Assembly (NCBI GenBank): GCA_963762145.1
Contig: CAVXJS010000009.1
Location: 704,001-768,000 of the forward strand
DNA from: an uncultured Candidatus Rokubacteria bacterium
GTDB lineage: Bacteria; Methylomirabilota; Methylomirabilia; Rokubacteriales; CSP1-6
DNA length: 64,000 nucleotides
Reading direction: 5' to 3'
Under the pieces are notes generated by a model, which saw nothing but the letters and a program-made list of their open reading frames with translations, was not told the origin of the DNA and searched no databases. Positions 9,825 to 22,830 of the stretch are shown here, piece by piece. How positions within the stretch are numbered: the stretch's first letter is position 1; each line of letters starts with the position of its first letter. The position numbers and the translations under genes are program-made.

Positions 9825-9983
9825 TTACTTCTTGGCCAGCCGCTTCCGCTTCACGTAGGCCCAGATCTTCTTGGTCATCTCCGAGGGGCCGATGGGCGTC
9901 TTGCCCATGACCGACTCGAGCGTGTCGCTGCAGCCCTTGAAGTTGATGGAATATCCGCCAAACGCCAGCTTCTTCTTGGCCAT
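9825..9983 (-). CDS. 52-aa basic SWIB/MDM2-like mini-protein (not in the ORF track)
   Basis: own translation MAKKKLAFGGYSINFKGCSDTLESVMGKTPIGPSEMTKKIWAYVKRKRLAKK; RBS GAGGGAGG; GC3-biased codons. Confidence 0.75.
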   Translation of the reverse strand: MAKKKLAFGGYSINFKGCSDTLESVMGKTPIGPSEMTKKIWAYVKRKRLAKK

Positions 9984-10094
9984 TCGTCATTCCTCCCTCG
10001 TTAGGTTATTAGGGGTCCTGCCCGGCGCCCCCCGAAACGGCCGAGGGTATTATGGCCGGACTCCGAGGGAGAGAAAAGCGAAAAATACAATCCC

Positions 10095-10155
10095 TAGGGG
10101 GTCCCCACGAGGGAGAGACTACCCCGTGGGGGTATACCCCCGGGGGGTCCCCCTA
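10095..10155. repeat. Nested palindromic intergenic element
   Basis: near-perfect outer IR tagggggtcccc/ggggtcccccta, inner ccccacg/cgtgggg, and palindrome gggggtataccccc. Confidence 0.55.
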
Positions 10156-10159
10156 CCCC

Positions 10160-11305
10160 TCAGCGCTGCCCCGCGAACGCGGGCATCACGTCCCGCGCGA
10201 ACCAGCGGAGCTGCTCCTTGAACTCGGCGGGCGGGATGCCTTCCGCCCAGTGGATCATGCACTGGTCGAGCCCGGGATAGCGGGCCTCGATCCCGCGGAT
10301 CGTCTCGATCACCTCGGCCGGCCGGCCCACCAGCCACGCCTTCTGCTCGACGCCCTCGCGCAGCGTCGGCACGCGGGCGGGCGCCCCCGGCGTGCCCCAC
10401 GACCGCCCCTGCTCGTCGGCGTAGCGCACGAAGCCGAAGGGCGCGAACCACTTGTAGCGCTCGTCGTGGGCGGGCTCGAGGCGGCGGATCGCTTCCTCGC
10501 GCGAGTCGGCCAGGTAGAGACCCACGCCCCAGCAGAGATCCTCGCCGAGCTCCTTGGGCCGCCCGTGCCGGACGCAGGCGTCGCGGTAGGCCCGCGCGAC
10601 CTGGTCGAGCACCTTCTCCCCGTTGAGCGTCACCATCGCCTTGAGGCCCATGCGGCCCATGTAGTCGATCGTCTTGCCGCTCGCGATCGGCATCCAGATC
10701 TCGACCGGCCGGTGGATCGGGCGCGGCACGCAGGTGACCTCGCGCAGCCGGTAGCCACGGTAGTCCACGTCGGGCGGGATCACGTAGTGCTTGCCCCGGT
10801 GGCTCCACGATTCCTCGTTGAAGCACTTGAGCAGCACCTCCATCTGCTCCTCGAACAGCTCCCGGTTGGCCGCCGCGTCGAGCAGCGGCGCCCCGAGCGA
10901 CTCGACTTCACGAGTGTGATAACCACGCCCTACGCCCATGATCACGCGGCCATTGGTCACGATGTCGGCCATCGCGTAGTCCTCGGCCAGCCGCACCGGA
11001 TGCCACATGGGCAGGATGTTGAAGGCGCAGCCGAGCTTGAGGCGCCGCGTCTGGGTGGCGAGCCACAGGGAGAGCTGCACGAGGTTGGGCAACACCTCGT
11101 AGCCTTCCTTCTGGAAGTGGTGCTCGGCCGTCCACAGGCAGTAGTAGCCGAGCTCGTCCATGAGCTGGGCCACCTCCTTGGAGGTCTGGAACGCCTCGAT
11201 CAGCCGCTCGTTCGGATAGGCGCGCTGCTCGGTCGGCGTCCCGTTGATGCCGACGTTCTCCAGCTCGATCTGCCCCACGTAGAGGACCGAGAATTTCGTG
11301 ATCAC
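10160..11305 (-). CDS. LLM-class flavin-dependent oxidoreductase (luciferase-like)
   Basis: 'WTAEHHF', 'HPVRLAED', 'GVGRGY'. Confidence 0.9.
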   Translation of the reverse strand: MITKFSVLYVGQIELENVGINGTPTEQRAYPNERLIEAFQTSKEVAQLMDELGYYCLWTAEHHFQKEGYEVLPNLVQLSLWLATQTRRLKLGCAFNILPMWHPVRLAEDYAMADIVTNGRVIMGVGRGYHTREVESLGAPLLDAAANRELFEEQMEVLLKCFNEESWSHRGKHYVIPPDVDYRGYRLREVTCVPRPIHRPVEIWMPIASGKTIDYMGRMGLKAMVTLNGEKVLDQVARAYRDACVRHGRPKELGEDLCWGVGLYLADSREEAIRRLEPAHDERYKWFAPFGFVRYADEQGRSWGTPGAPARVPTLREGVEQKAWLVGRPAEVIETIRGIEARYPGLDQCMIHWAEGIPPAEFKEQLRWFARDVMPAFAGQR

Positions 11306-12093
11306 TTGGCTCTCCAGCCTCCGTCGACCACCATCGAGTGTCCCGTGATGTAGCCCGCCTCGTCCGAGGCCAGGTAGCAGACCGCGGACGCGATCTCCTC
11401 GACCGTTCCGCGCCGGCCCGCCGGGGTGATCTTCTGCACCGCCGCGTCGTCCACCGCGATGCCGCGCCCGCTCATATCGGGCACGCCGGGGCCGAGGATC
11501 TGCTGGGAGTGCGCCCGGAGACCGGTCAGGATCGGCCCGGGGCAGACCGCGTTGATCGTGATGCCGCGGCCCGAGTAGGTCACCGCCATCTGGCGCGTGA
11601 GGCCGATCACCCCGTGCTTCGACGCGACGTAGGCCGCGCCGCCGCCGGTGCCGTTGAGGCCGGCCACCGAGGCCATGTTGACGATACGGCCGCGGCCCCG
11701 GGGCAGCATCTCCTTGAGGGCGCGCTTGCAGCCGTGGAAGACCCCGGTCAGGTTGATCCCGATCACCCGGGTCCAGACCGCGTCGTCGGTCTCGTCCACG
11801 TTGAAGTAGCCGTCGAGGATGCCCGCGTTGTTCACCATGATGTCGAGCGCGCCGAGCTGGCTCACCGCGGTCGTCACCGCGCGGTCCACATCGGAGGCCG
11901 CGCTCGTGTCCGCCTGGACGGCGATGCCCTTGCCGCGCGCGCCCATCAGCAGGCGCGCCGTCTCCGCCGCGCTGCCGCCGTCGATGTCCACCGCGGCCAC
12001 GCGCGCCCCGCGGGCCGCCAGCGCCTGGGCGATCCCTCGCCCGATCCCCGACCCGGCCCCCGTCACCACCGCCACCCTGTCCTGTAGATCCAC
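11302..12093 (-). CDS. SDR family oxidoreductase
   Basis: 'TGAGSGIG', 'NNAG', YxxxK 'YVASK'. Confidence 0.92.
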   Translation of the reverse strand: MDLQDRVAVVTGAGSGIGRGIAQALAARGARVAAVDIDGGSAAETARLLMGARGKGIAVQADTSAASDVDRAVTTAVSQLGALDIMVNNAGILDGYFNVDETDDAVWTRVIGINLTGVFHGCKRALKEMLPRGRGRIVNMASVAGLNGTGGGAAYVASKHGVIGLTRQMAVTYSGRGITINAVCPGPILTGLRAHSQQILGPGVPDMSGRGIAVDDAAVQKITPAGRRGTVEEIASAVCYLASDEAGYITGHSMVVDGGWRAK

Positions 12094-12108
12094 CGTCTCC
12101 CCCGAAAT

Positions 12109-12157
12109 GGGGTCAGGTCTTACATTCCGACAATGTGTGAATGTAAGACCTGACCCC
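12109..12157. repeat. Perfect 19-bp inverted repeat (REP-like)
   Basis: ggggtcaggtcttacattc-N11-gaatgtaagacctgacccc. Confidence 0.8.
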
Positions 12158-12160
12158 GGG

Positions 12161-13783
12161 CTAGATTGCCAGGGCGTAGCCGTCGCGGCGGGGGTCGGCG
12201 CCCGCCATCAGCGCGCCCGACTCCGGGTCCCGCGCGACGCCCTGCCCGCCGCCCACTACCCACGACCAGTCGTCGATGACATTGATCTGGTGCCCGCGCC
12301 GGCCGAGCTCGGCGCGCGTGGCCTCGGTGACGCGCGACTCCGCGTCGACCAGGCGATCGCGATAGACGCGGATGCGCGGCGCCTCGATGGCCTCCTGCAG
12401 GTTGAGCCCGAACTCCAGGACGTTGAGCAACATCTGGGGCTGGGTCTGGAGGATGCCGTAGGAGCCGGGCGTGCCGATGCTGAGCGCGAAGGCACCATCC
12501 TGGAACACCTGGGTCGGCGACATCATCGTGCCCGCCTTACGGCCCGGCTTGACCACGTTGGGCGAGGCCGGATCGCGGTCGCTCCACTTGAGGATGTTGT
12601 TCAGCACGAGCCCGGTGCCCGGCACCGCGAAGCCCGAGCCGAAGGGCGCGCCGAGCGTCTGGGTCACCGAGACGACCATGCCCTCGGCGTCCGCGCACGC
12701 GAAGTGCGTGGTCTGCTCGTTCTCGAACCTCGCCGGGTGGCCCTCGCTGATCTGCCCGGCGAGCTTCTTCGGGCTGTGCCGCTCGCCCTCGCTCACCGCG
12801 GCCCGCGCCGGGTCGATGCGCGCGCGCTGCGAGGCCGCGTAGGCCTTCGACACGAGCCCCTTGATCGGCGCGTTCCCGGAGTAGGCGTAGGCGAGCCGGT
12901 CCGCCGAGCCGATCTTGATCGCCTCGATCAGGTGGTGCAGGTAGTCGGGCGAGTTGTGCCCCCAGCCCGCCAGGTCGTAGCCCTCGAGGATGTTCAGCGT
13001 CTCGAGCATCTGGAAGGCGGAGAAGGGCGGCGGCACCGAGCAGACCTCGCGCCCCCGATAGGTGATGGACAGCGGCTGGCGCCACTCGGGCGTGAACGCG
13101 GCCAGATCCGCCTCGGAGAGCCAGCCGCCCGCCTCGGTCACCGCGCGGGCGATCGCCTTGGCAATGGGGCCCCGGTAGAAGGCCTCCGCGCCCCCCTCCA
13201 CGACCTGGCGCAGCGTCGCGGCCAGCTCCTTGTACGTGACGATCTTCCCCGGGCGCGGCCCGCCGTTGCCGAGATAGAGCCGGCCCGCCTCCGCGGAGCG
13301 GCCGAGGGTGGCCCGCGCCTGCTCGAAGAACTTCACGCTGGCGAAGGTCAGCGGCACCCCGTTCTCGGCCAGGTCGATGGCGGGCGCCAGCACCCGGGCG
13401 CGCGGCATGCTACCGAAGCGGTCGAGCGCGGCCATCCACCCGCCCAGGTTGCCGGGCGTCGCGCAGGCCTTCGGGCCGCCCGCCAGCTCGTCCTCGGTGC
13501 ACTTCCGGGCGTCGGCCGCGAGCGGGGCGGGGCCGATGAAGTCCAGCACGTGGCGCTCACGCGTCCGCGCCTTCGAGATGAACATGAGGCCGATGCCGCC
13601 CGCGCTCGACATGAACGGCTCGACGACGTTCAAGGTCGAGCCGACCGCGACGGCGGCGTCCACCGCGTTGCCGCCCTCGAGCAGCACGCGGATGCCGGCC
13701 ATGGAGGCGAGCGGGTGGGCCGAGGCGACGGCGCCGCGAGTACCCATGACGGTCGGGCGGTAAGCGTGACGGTGCGGGGGCAT
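12161..13783 (-). CDS. ggt: Gamma-glutamyltransferase family protein
   Basis: 'GGNAVDAAVA', autocleavage Thr in 'QTTHF', 'GTPG', 'GADPRRDG'. Confidence 0.9.
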   Translation of the reverse strand: MPPHRHAYRPTVMGTRGAVASAHPLASMAGIRVLLEGGNAVDAAVAVGSTLNVVEPFMSSAGGIGLMFISKARTRERHVLDFIGPAPLAADARKCTEDELAGGPKACATPGNLGGWMAALDRFGSMPRARVLAPAIDLAENGVPLTFASVKFFEQARATLGRSAEAGRLYLGNGGPRPGKIVTYKELAATLRQVVEGGAEAFYRGPIAKAIARAVTEAGGWLSEADLAAFTPEWRQPLSITYRGREVCSVPPPFSAFQMLETLNILEGYDLAGWGHNSPDYLHHLIEAIKIGSADRLAYAYSGNAPIKGLVSKAYAASQRARIDPARAAVSEGERHSPKKLAGQISEGHPARFENEQTTHFACADAEGMVVSVTQTLGAPFGSGFAVPGTGLVLNNILKWSDRDPASPNVVKPGRKAGTMMSPTQVFQDGAFALSIGTPGSYGILQTQPQMLLNVLEFGLNLQEAIEAPRIRVYRDRLVDAESRVTEATRAELGRRGHQINVIDDWSWVVGGGQGVARDPESGALMAGADPRRDGYALAI

Positions 13784-13835
13784 GTGGTCTCCTCCGGAGC
13801 TGGAGTCGTTGCCCGCATGGTAGGCTCTAGCCCGG

Positions 13836-14219
13836 ATGGACGCAAGAAGCCCCGAGCTCGCTCGCGCCAAGTACATCTACGTCACGACCTACAGCCAGGC
13901 GGGCAAGCCCGGCACCGTCCCCACGTGGCTCTGGCCCCACGAGGACGCGATCTACTTCACGACGAAGCGCGACAGCGTCAAGGCGCGGCGCATCCGCAAC
14001 AACGGGCGCGTGACCATCCACGTGGGGAGCAAGGACGGCCCTTCGTTCGAGGGGCGCGCGGAATGGGTGGACGGGCGGCCGGACCTGGAGACGGCGCTGC
14101 TCGCCACGTACCGCCGCAAGTACTGGGCGCTGGTGCCGCTCTTCATGGGGCGCTACATCCGTCGGGGCCTCGCGGCCAAGACCAGCGTGCTCATCCGGGT
14201 CACGCCCGTGACTCGGTGA
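13836..14219 (+). CDS. PNPOx/PPOX-class (possibly F420-dependent) split-barrel protein
   Basis: 'TTYSQAGKP..PTW', 'KARRIRNNGRV', 'YRRKY'. Confidence 0.7.
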   Translation: MDARSPELARAKYIYVTTYSQAGKPGTVPTWLWPHEDAIYFTTKRDSVKARRIRNNGRVTIHVGSKDGPSFEGRAEWVDGRPDLETALLATYRRKYWALVPLFMGRYIRRGLAAKTSVLIRVTPVTR

Positions 14220-14297
14220 CCGACCGCTCCCGGCTCCGAAGGCGCGTCCCGGCGCCCCTTCCCGACCGGCGCCCGCCGAGCGAGGCCATGGGGTAGG

Positions 14298-15353
14298 ATG
14301 GCGACGATGGCCGCGTTCGAGACGGCTCCGCCCGACCTCAAGCCGCTGCTGGGAGAGCGGATCAGCCGGCTCGGGCTCAAGCTCGAAGGCTCTCCCATGG
14401 AGCGGTACGTGAGCGACCTCTACCGGGAGCTCGAGGCCAAGGGACTCAAGCGCTTCCGCCCGCCCACCTACTTCACCGACGAGTGGGGGTGCCCGTCCGA
14501 GGAGCCCATCATCGGCATCCCCTTCTACCTGGCCGACGCACAGCTGTCTCGACTCGAGAAGCAGTTCGACGACCTCGAGGACGTCCGCGAGATCCGCATG
14601 TACCTGCGCCACGAAGCGGGCCACGCCTTCAACTACGCGTACAAGCTCTTCGAGACGCCGGAGTGGCGCGAGCGGTTCGGGCCGTTCAACCGGCCCTACC
14701 GCGATCGGTATCGACCGGTCCCCTTCCATCGCGGCTTCGTGCGTCACATGGAGGGCTGGTACGCCCAGAAGCATCCGGACGAGGACTTCGCGGAGACGTT
14801 CGCGGTCTGGCTCACCCCCCGGTCGCGATGGCGTCAACGCTACAAGGGTTGGCCCGCCATGGACAAGCTGCGCTACGTCGACCGCCTGGCTCACAAGCTG
14901 GGCGACGTCGAGCCGGTGGTGCGGCTGGCCTCCACCGACATCACGGTCGAAGAGATGAACATGACGGTGGAGGAGTTCTTTCGCGCTCAGGAGCCCGAGA
15001 GCCCGCCGGTCGACGTCGCCCTCGAGCACGACCTCGCCGATCTCTTCGTCCGCCGCCGCAAGGGCCTGCGGCCGGCCGCCGACTTCGTCCGGGAGCACCG
15101 CGCCGGGCTCATCAACAAGATCGAATACTGGACCGGGGTGCGCCGCAGCGTCGTGCGCGCGCTCGTAGACCGTATGGTCGAGACCACCGACCGTCTCCGG
15201 CTCGCGGTGCCCGCCGACGGGGAGGCGACCACGCTCGTCGAGCTGACCACGTATGCGACCACCCTCACCATGAACTTCCTCACCTTCGGCAGCTTCGTGC
15301 CCCGGGCCCGCCGGCCTCCTCGCCGCACCAGCCGGGCCTCGGGCAGCCGATGA
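14298..15353 (+). CDS. Putative zinc-binding metallopeptidase
   Basis: HExxH 'HEAGH' and 'YAQKHPDEDFAETF'. Confidence 0.8.
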   Translation: MATMAAFETAPPDLKPLLGERISRLGLKLEGSPMERYVSDLYRELEAKGLKRFRPPTYFTDEWGCPSEEPIIGIPFYLADAQLSRLEKQFDDLEDVREIRMYLRHEAGHAFNYAYKLFETPEWRERFGPFNRPYRDRYRPVPFHRGFVRHMEGWYAQKHPDEDFAETFAVWLTPRSRWRQRYKGWPAMDKLRYVDRLAHKLGDVEPVVRLASTDITVEEMNMTVEEFFRAQEPESPPVDVALEHDLADLFVRRRKGLRPAADFVREHRAGLINKIEYWTGVRRSVVRALVDRMVETTDRLRLAVPADGEATTLVELTTYATTLTMNFLTFGSFVPRARRPPRRTSRASGSR

Positions 15354-16351
15354 AGATCGTCGTCGCGCACGCCGCCGACGAGACGGTCGATCCGCCCCGG
15401 GGCCGGCGGGCGGCGCGCAAGACCGACGTCCAGGAGGTCGCCCACGTCCTGCGCGCCGCCGGCCACGACGTGGGAGGCATCGCGGTCGACGGCACCCCGG
15501 AGTGCCTGCGCGCGCTCATGCAGCTCAAGGCCGACCTGATCTTCAACCTGGTCGAGTCGTTCGGCGACGACAACTCCAAGGAGCCGCACGTCGCCGCGTA
15601 CTACGAGATGCTCGGGCTACCCTACACCGGCTCGAGCCCCCGCGGGCTCACGCTCGCCATGGACAAGGCGGTGGCCAAGAAGATCCTGGGTTTTCACAAC
15701 GTCGTCAGTCCGAAGTTCGCCGTCTTCTGGCGGGGCCGCCTCGACTGGGACGCGGACCACGTGGAATTCCCGGTCATCGTGAAGCCCCTCCGGGAGGACG
15801 GGTCCATCGGCATCGGCTTCGACGCGCTCGCGGGCAACATCAAGGAGCTCATGGAGCGAATCGACGGCCTCACCGCCGAGTTCAACGGCCCCGTCCTCAT
15901 CGAGCAGTACGTGGAGGGCCGCGAGATCTACATGGGGGTCCTCGGGAATTCGCCCCCGGCGGCCCTGCCGCCCGTCGAGCTGGACCTCTCCCACCTGCCG
16001 AAGGGCACGCCGCGGATTGCCGGCACGGAGGTGAAGTGGAGCGAGGGCACCCGGGCCTACCGGGGCAGCAAGGTCCGCATCCCGAAGCTGCCCAAGGCCG
16101 TGCTCGAAACCATGGAGCGCTACGCGCTCACCGCCTTCCAGGCCCTGGGCCTGCGCGACTATGCCCGCATCGATTTCCGCCTCGCCCAGGACACCGTCTA
16201 CATGATCGAGGCCAATCCCAACCCGTACCTGCACTCGGGCGCCGAGTTCATCCGGGCGGCGCGCGCCGCCGGACGCACGCACCCCGGCACCATCACCGAG
16301 ATCGTGGAGCTCGCGCGGGCGCGGTACCGGCGCCCCGCGCCGCCGAGGTGA
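15350..16351 (+). CDS. D-Ala-D-Ala ligase-like ATP-grasp protein
   Basis: 'YTGS..MDK', 'VKP..EDGSIG', 'EQYVEGRE', 'RIDFR..IEANPNP'; ATGA coupling to the peptidase. Confidence 0.85.
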   Translation: MKIVVAHAADETVDPPRGRRAARKTDVQEVAHVLRAAGHDVGGIAVDGTPECLRALMQLKADLIFNLVESFGDDNSKEPHVAAYYEMLGLPYTGSSPRGLTLAMDKAVAKKILGFHNVVSPKFAVFWRGRLDWDADHVEFPVIVKPLREDGSIGIGFDALAGNIKELMERIDGLTAEFNGPVLIEQYVEGREIYMGVLGNSPPAALPPVELDLSHLPKGTPRIAGTEVKWSEGTRAYRGSKVRIPKLPKAVLETMERYALTAFQALGLRDYARIDFRLAQDTVYMIEANPNPYLHSGAEFIRAARAAGRTHPGTITEIVELARARYRRPAPPR

Positions 16352-16421
16352 TCACGACCTCGGTGGGCCGGCCTCGGTGTCTTGACCGTCCGGGGCTTTG
16401 GACGTAGCATCCAGACAGCCA

Positions 16422-18166
<1,745 letters not shown>

Positions 18167-18174
18167 ACGCCCCG

Positions 18175-18216
18175 CCCCCTCACCCTGCTCTCTCCCCCTC
18201 ACGGGGGAGAGAGTGA
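18175..18216. repeat. REP-like palindrome, CCCTCACCC family
   Basis: ccctcaccctgctctctcccc..ggggagagag, homologous to the copies at 19678, 19739, 35692 and 44770. Confidence 0.75.
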
Positions 18217-18233
18217 ACGTGGAGCGACCGACC

Positions 18234-19667
<1,434 letters not shown>

Positions 19668-19677
19668 GGCGAACGAG

Positions 19678-19778
19678 CCCCTCACCCTGCCCTCTCCCCA
19701 GGGGGAGAGGGTGAGTTTGTGCTCTCGTGTCCGGTCCTCCCTCTCCCCCGCCCAGGGGGAGAGGGCAGGGTGAGGGGG
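19678..19778. repeat. Inverted doublet of CCCTCACCC-family REP elements
   Basis: ccctcaccctgccctctcccc ... ggggagagggcagggtgaggg between convergent genes. Confidence 0.8.
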
Positions 19779-19782
19779 ATGT

Positions 19783-20814
19783 CTAGCGGGGGAGAGACGC
19801 GACCAACGGCTCGAGGTTCTTCGGATCCGGCTTGAGCGTGCCCACGCCGTGCCGGCGCACCGCCGCGACCACCGCGTCGTTGACCGGCGTCGGGACGCCG
19901 AGGCGCTTGCCCTGCTGGCTGACGTAGCCGTTCAGGTAGTCGATCTCGGTGCGTCGCCCCTTCATGACGTCCTGGAGCATGGACGGCCGCCCGCCGGTGA
20001 GGAACTTCACGCTCGCGGCCATGTCGGCCTCGACCGCGTCCCAGCCCTTGCCCTGGGCCGCGTCCACGAAGCGCTTCGCGTCGATGCCGTAGATGGGCTC
20101 GACCTCGTGCCCGGCCGCGCGTCCCACCTGGATCACCTCCGCGGCCACGTGGATCGCGATGCGGCGCGGGATCGGCGCGGTGCGCACCTCGGCCGAGCCC
20201 AGCCCGCTCAGCCCGGCCAGCGGGTTGGCCATGCAGTTGACCGCGAGCTTGGACCAGCGCTCGCCCCACAGGTTGGTCGTCACCTTGGTGCCGGCCACGT
20301 CGTTCATCACCTTGGCCAGCGCCTGGGCACGCGGGGTGTCCCGGCCGTCGTGCTCGCCGATCTTGAAGCCGACCGAGCCGGAGTCGGTGCGCATGGCGTG
20401 GCCGGGCTCGTACATGCCGGCCCCGATCGTGATCACGCAGCCGAGGCAGCGCGACTTGCCCACCACCGAGGCCACCCGCTCGTCGTTGACCCCGTTCTGG
20501 AAGTCCACCACCACGCCGTCGGGCTGCGCGAGGTAGGCCAGCGCCATCTGGGCCGCCCACTCGGTGTCGTAGGACTTCACCGAGACGAAGACCGCCTCGA
20601 ACGGCGTGGCCACTCCCTGCAGCTCGTGGATGTGGAGCGCCTTGACCGGGATGAGGTGCTCTCCGCAGGTTCCGCTCAGCTTGAGCCCGCGGGTCTTCAT
20701 GGTCTCGATGTGCTCGGGCCACTGGTCCACGAGCGTGACGTCGTGCCCCGCCTTGGTGAGGAGTCCCCCGACCACGCAACCGATGGCGCCTGCCCCGATG
20801 ATCCCGATCCTCAT
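19783..20814 (-). CDS. panE: 2-dehydropantoate 2-reductase family
   Basis: 'IGAGAIG', 'VKSYD', 'QNG', 'WSKL', 'SMLQD...TEIDYLNG'. Confidence 0.85.
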   Translation of the reverse strand: MRIGIIGAGAIGCVVGGLLTKAGHDVTLVDQWPEHIETMKTRGLKLSGTCGEHLIPVKALHIHELQGVATPFEAVFVSVKSYDTEWAAQMALAYLAQPDGVVVDFQNGVNDERVASVVGKSRCLGCVITIGAGMYEPGHAMRTDSGSVGFKIGEHDGRDTPRAQALAKVMNDVAGTKVTTNLWGERWSKLAVNCMANPLAGLSGLGSAEVRTAPIPRRIAIHVAAEVIQVGRAAGHEVEPIYGIDAKRFVDAAQGKGWDAVEADMAASVKFLTGGRPSMLQDVMKGRRTEIDYLNGYVSQQGKRLGVPTPVNDAVVAAVRRHGVGTLKPDPKNLEPLVASLPR

Positions 20815-21386
20815 GACCGTTGGCTCCTTCGCCTGGGATAGCGGAAACACGTCGTGATGTGGTCGTTCACCATGCCGGTGGCCTGCATGAACGCGTAACA
20901 GATCGTGGGCCCGACGAAGCGGAACCCGCGCTTGACGAGCGTCTTGCTCATCGCGCGCGACTCCGCGGTCTCGGCCGGCACCTGCCCGCCGGCCGTCCAC
21001 GCGTTCAGGATCGGCTTGCCGCCCACGAACTGCCACAGGTACTCCGCGAGACTGCCGAACTCCTGCTGCACCCCCAGCACCTGCCGGGCATTGCCCACCG
21101 TGGCCTCGATCTTCTGCCGGTTGCGCACGATACCCGCGTCGCGCATGAGCGCGGCCTGCCGGCGCGCATCGAACCGGGCGACCTTGACCGGATCGAAGCC
21201 CGCGAAGGCCCGCCGGTAGTTCTCCCGCTTCCGCAAGATGGTGGACCAGGAGAGACCGGCCTGGGCCCCCTCGAGCACGAGCATCTCGAAGAGGTGCTGA
21301 TCGTCGTGGGACGGAACGCCCCACTCGGCGTCGTGATACGCGATCTCGAGCGGACCCCCGCTGGCCCAGCCGCACCGGGTCGGCAT
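20811..21386 (-). CDS. tag: DNA-3-methyladenine glycosylase I
   Basis: 'YHDAEWG', 'EGAQAGLSW', 'VNDH..C'. Confidence 0.93.
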   Translation of the reverse strand: MPTRCGWASGGPLEIAYHDAEWGVPSHDDQHLFEMLVLEGAQAGLSWSTILRKRENYRRAFAGFDPVKVARFDARRQAALMRDAGIVRNRQKIEATVGNARQVLGVQQEFGSLAEYLWQFVGGKPILNAWTAGGQVPAETAESRAMSKTLVKRGFRFVGPTICYAFMQATGMVNDHITTCFRYPRRRSQRS

Positions 21387-21392
21387 CGCGTC

Positions 21393-22820
21393 CTACACCG
21401 CGTCCGGGTCGATGCCGTGTTCCTTGAGCTTCTTGCGCAAGGTATTCCGGTTGATGCCGAGGAGCTGGGCCGCGCGCACCTGATTGCCCTTGGTCTCCCG
21501 CATCACCGCCCGCAGCAGGGGCTTCTCCACCAGCCCGACCATCAGGCCGTGCAGGTTGGCGGAGGCGTGGCCGCGCAGGCCGCGCACGCACTCGTGCATC
21601 TTGCGCTCGATGACGTCCTCGAGCGAGGCGTCGGTACCCACCGCGGCCGCCGCGGACACCGGGCCGATCGGCAGGTGCTCGGGCAGGATCACGCCCGACG
21701 AGGCCATCACCATCGCCCGCTGGATGACGTTCTCCAGCTCCCGCACGTTGCCCGGCCAGTCGTGGCCGACGAGCCGATCCATGGCGTCCCCGGCCACCAC
21801 CCGCTCTCCCAGGGAGTCGGCGTACTTGGCCAGGAAGTGCTCGGCGAGCAGCGGGATGTCGCCTCGCCGGTCGCGGAGGGCGGGGAGCGAGAGCGTGACG
21901 ACGTTCAGTCGGTAGAACAGGTCCTCGCGGAACTGCCCCGCCTTCATCATGGCCTCGAGGTCTCGGTGGGTCGCGGCGAGCACCCGCACGTCCATGCGGA
22001 TCAACTCGTGGCCCCCGACCCGCTCGAAGCTGCGCTCCTGCAGGGCGCGCAGCAGCTTCACCTGCAGCTCGGCCGGCATGTCGCCGATCTCGTCGAAGAA
22101 CACCGAGCCGCCGTGGGCCAGCTCGAGCTTGCCGAGGCGGCGCTCCTTGGCGTCGGTGAACGAGCCCTTCTCGTGACCGAACAGCTCGGACTCGAGCAGG
22201 GTGATGGGAATCGCGGCGGCCGAGATGCCCATGAACGGGCGCCCCGCACGGCGGCTGTAGTGGTGCAGCGCGCGCGCCACCACCTCCTTGCCGGTGCCGG
22301 ACTCGCCGCGCAGCAGCACGCTGACGTCGCTGGCCGCCACGCGGCCGATGGCCTTGTAGACCTCCTGCATGGTCGGGTGCCGCCCCACCAGCGCGCCGAA
22401 CTCCCACACCTCCCGGAGGCCGGAGCGGAGCGCGGTCACCTCCTGGGTGAGTCGGCGCGCGGTGAGGGCCCGCTCCGCGAGCAGGAGCGCTTCGTCCAGA
22501 TCGAAGGGCTTGGCCAGGTAGTCGTAGGCGCCGTCCTGCATCGCGGACACCGCGGTCTGCATCGTGCCGTGCGCGGTCATGATCACGACCTGCGCGTCCG
22601 GCCGGCCGGCGCGCACCTGCTTGAGCAGCGACAGGCCGTCGATGCCGGGCATGCGGATGTCGAGGAGGATCAGATCGAACGGCCCGCCTTCCACCTCCCG
22701 GAGGGCCGCGGTGCCGTCCTTGACCGCGGTGACCTGGTAGCCCGCCCCGCGGAAGCCTTTCTCGAGGACCCAGCGCAGGCTGTCCTCGTCGTCGGCGATC
22801 AGGATCCGTCCGTCGGGCAT
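21393..22820 (-). CDS. Sigma-54 dependent response regulator, NtrC family
   Basis: REC domain, 'GESGTGKE', 'GSFTDA', Fis-type HTH '[11 protein letters not shown]'. Confidence 0.92.
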   Translation of the reverse strand: MPDGRILIADDEDSLRWVLEKGFRGAGYQVTAVKDGTAALREVEGGPFDLILLDIRMPGIDGLSLLKQVRAGRPDAQVVIMTAHGTMQTAVSAMQDGAYDYLAKPFDLDEALLLAERALTARRLTQEVTALRSGLREVWEFGALVGRHPTMQEVYKAIGRVAASDVSVLLRGESGTGKEVVARALHHYSRRAGRPFMGISAAAIPITLLESELFGHEKGSFTDAKERRLGKLELAHGGSVFFDEIGDMPAELQVKLLRALQERSFERVGGHELIRMDVRVLAATHRDLEAMMKAGQFREDLFYRLNVVTLSLPALRDRRGDIPLLAEHFLAKYADSLGERVVAGDAMDRLVGHDWPGNVRELENVIQRAMVMASSGVILPEHLPIGPVSAAAAVGTDASLEDVIERKMHECVRGLRGHASANLHGLMVGLVEKPLLRAVMRETKGNQVRAAQLLGINRNTLRKKLKEHGIDPDAV

Positions 22821-22830
22821 GGCAAATTCT

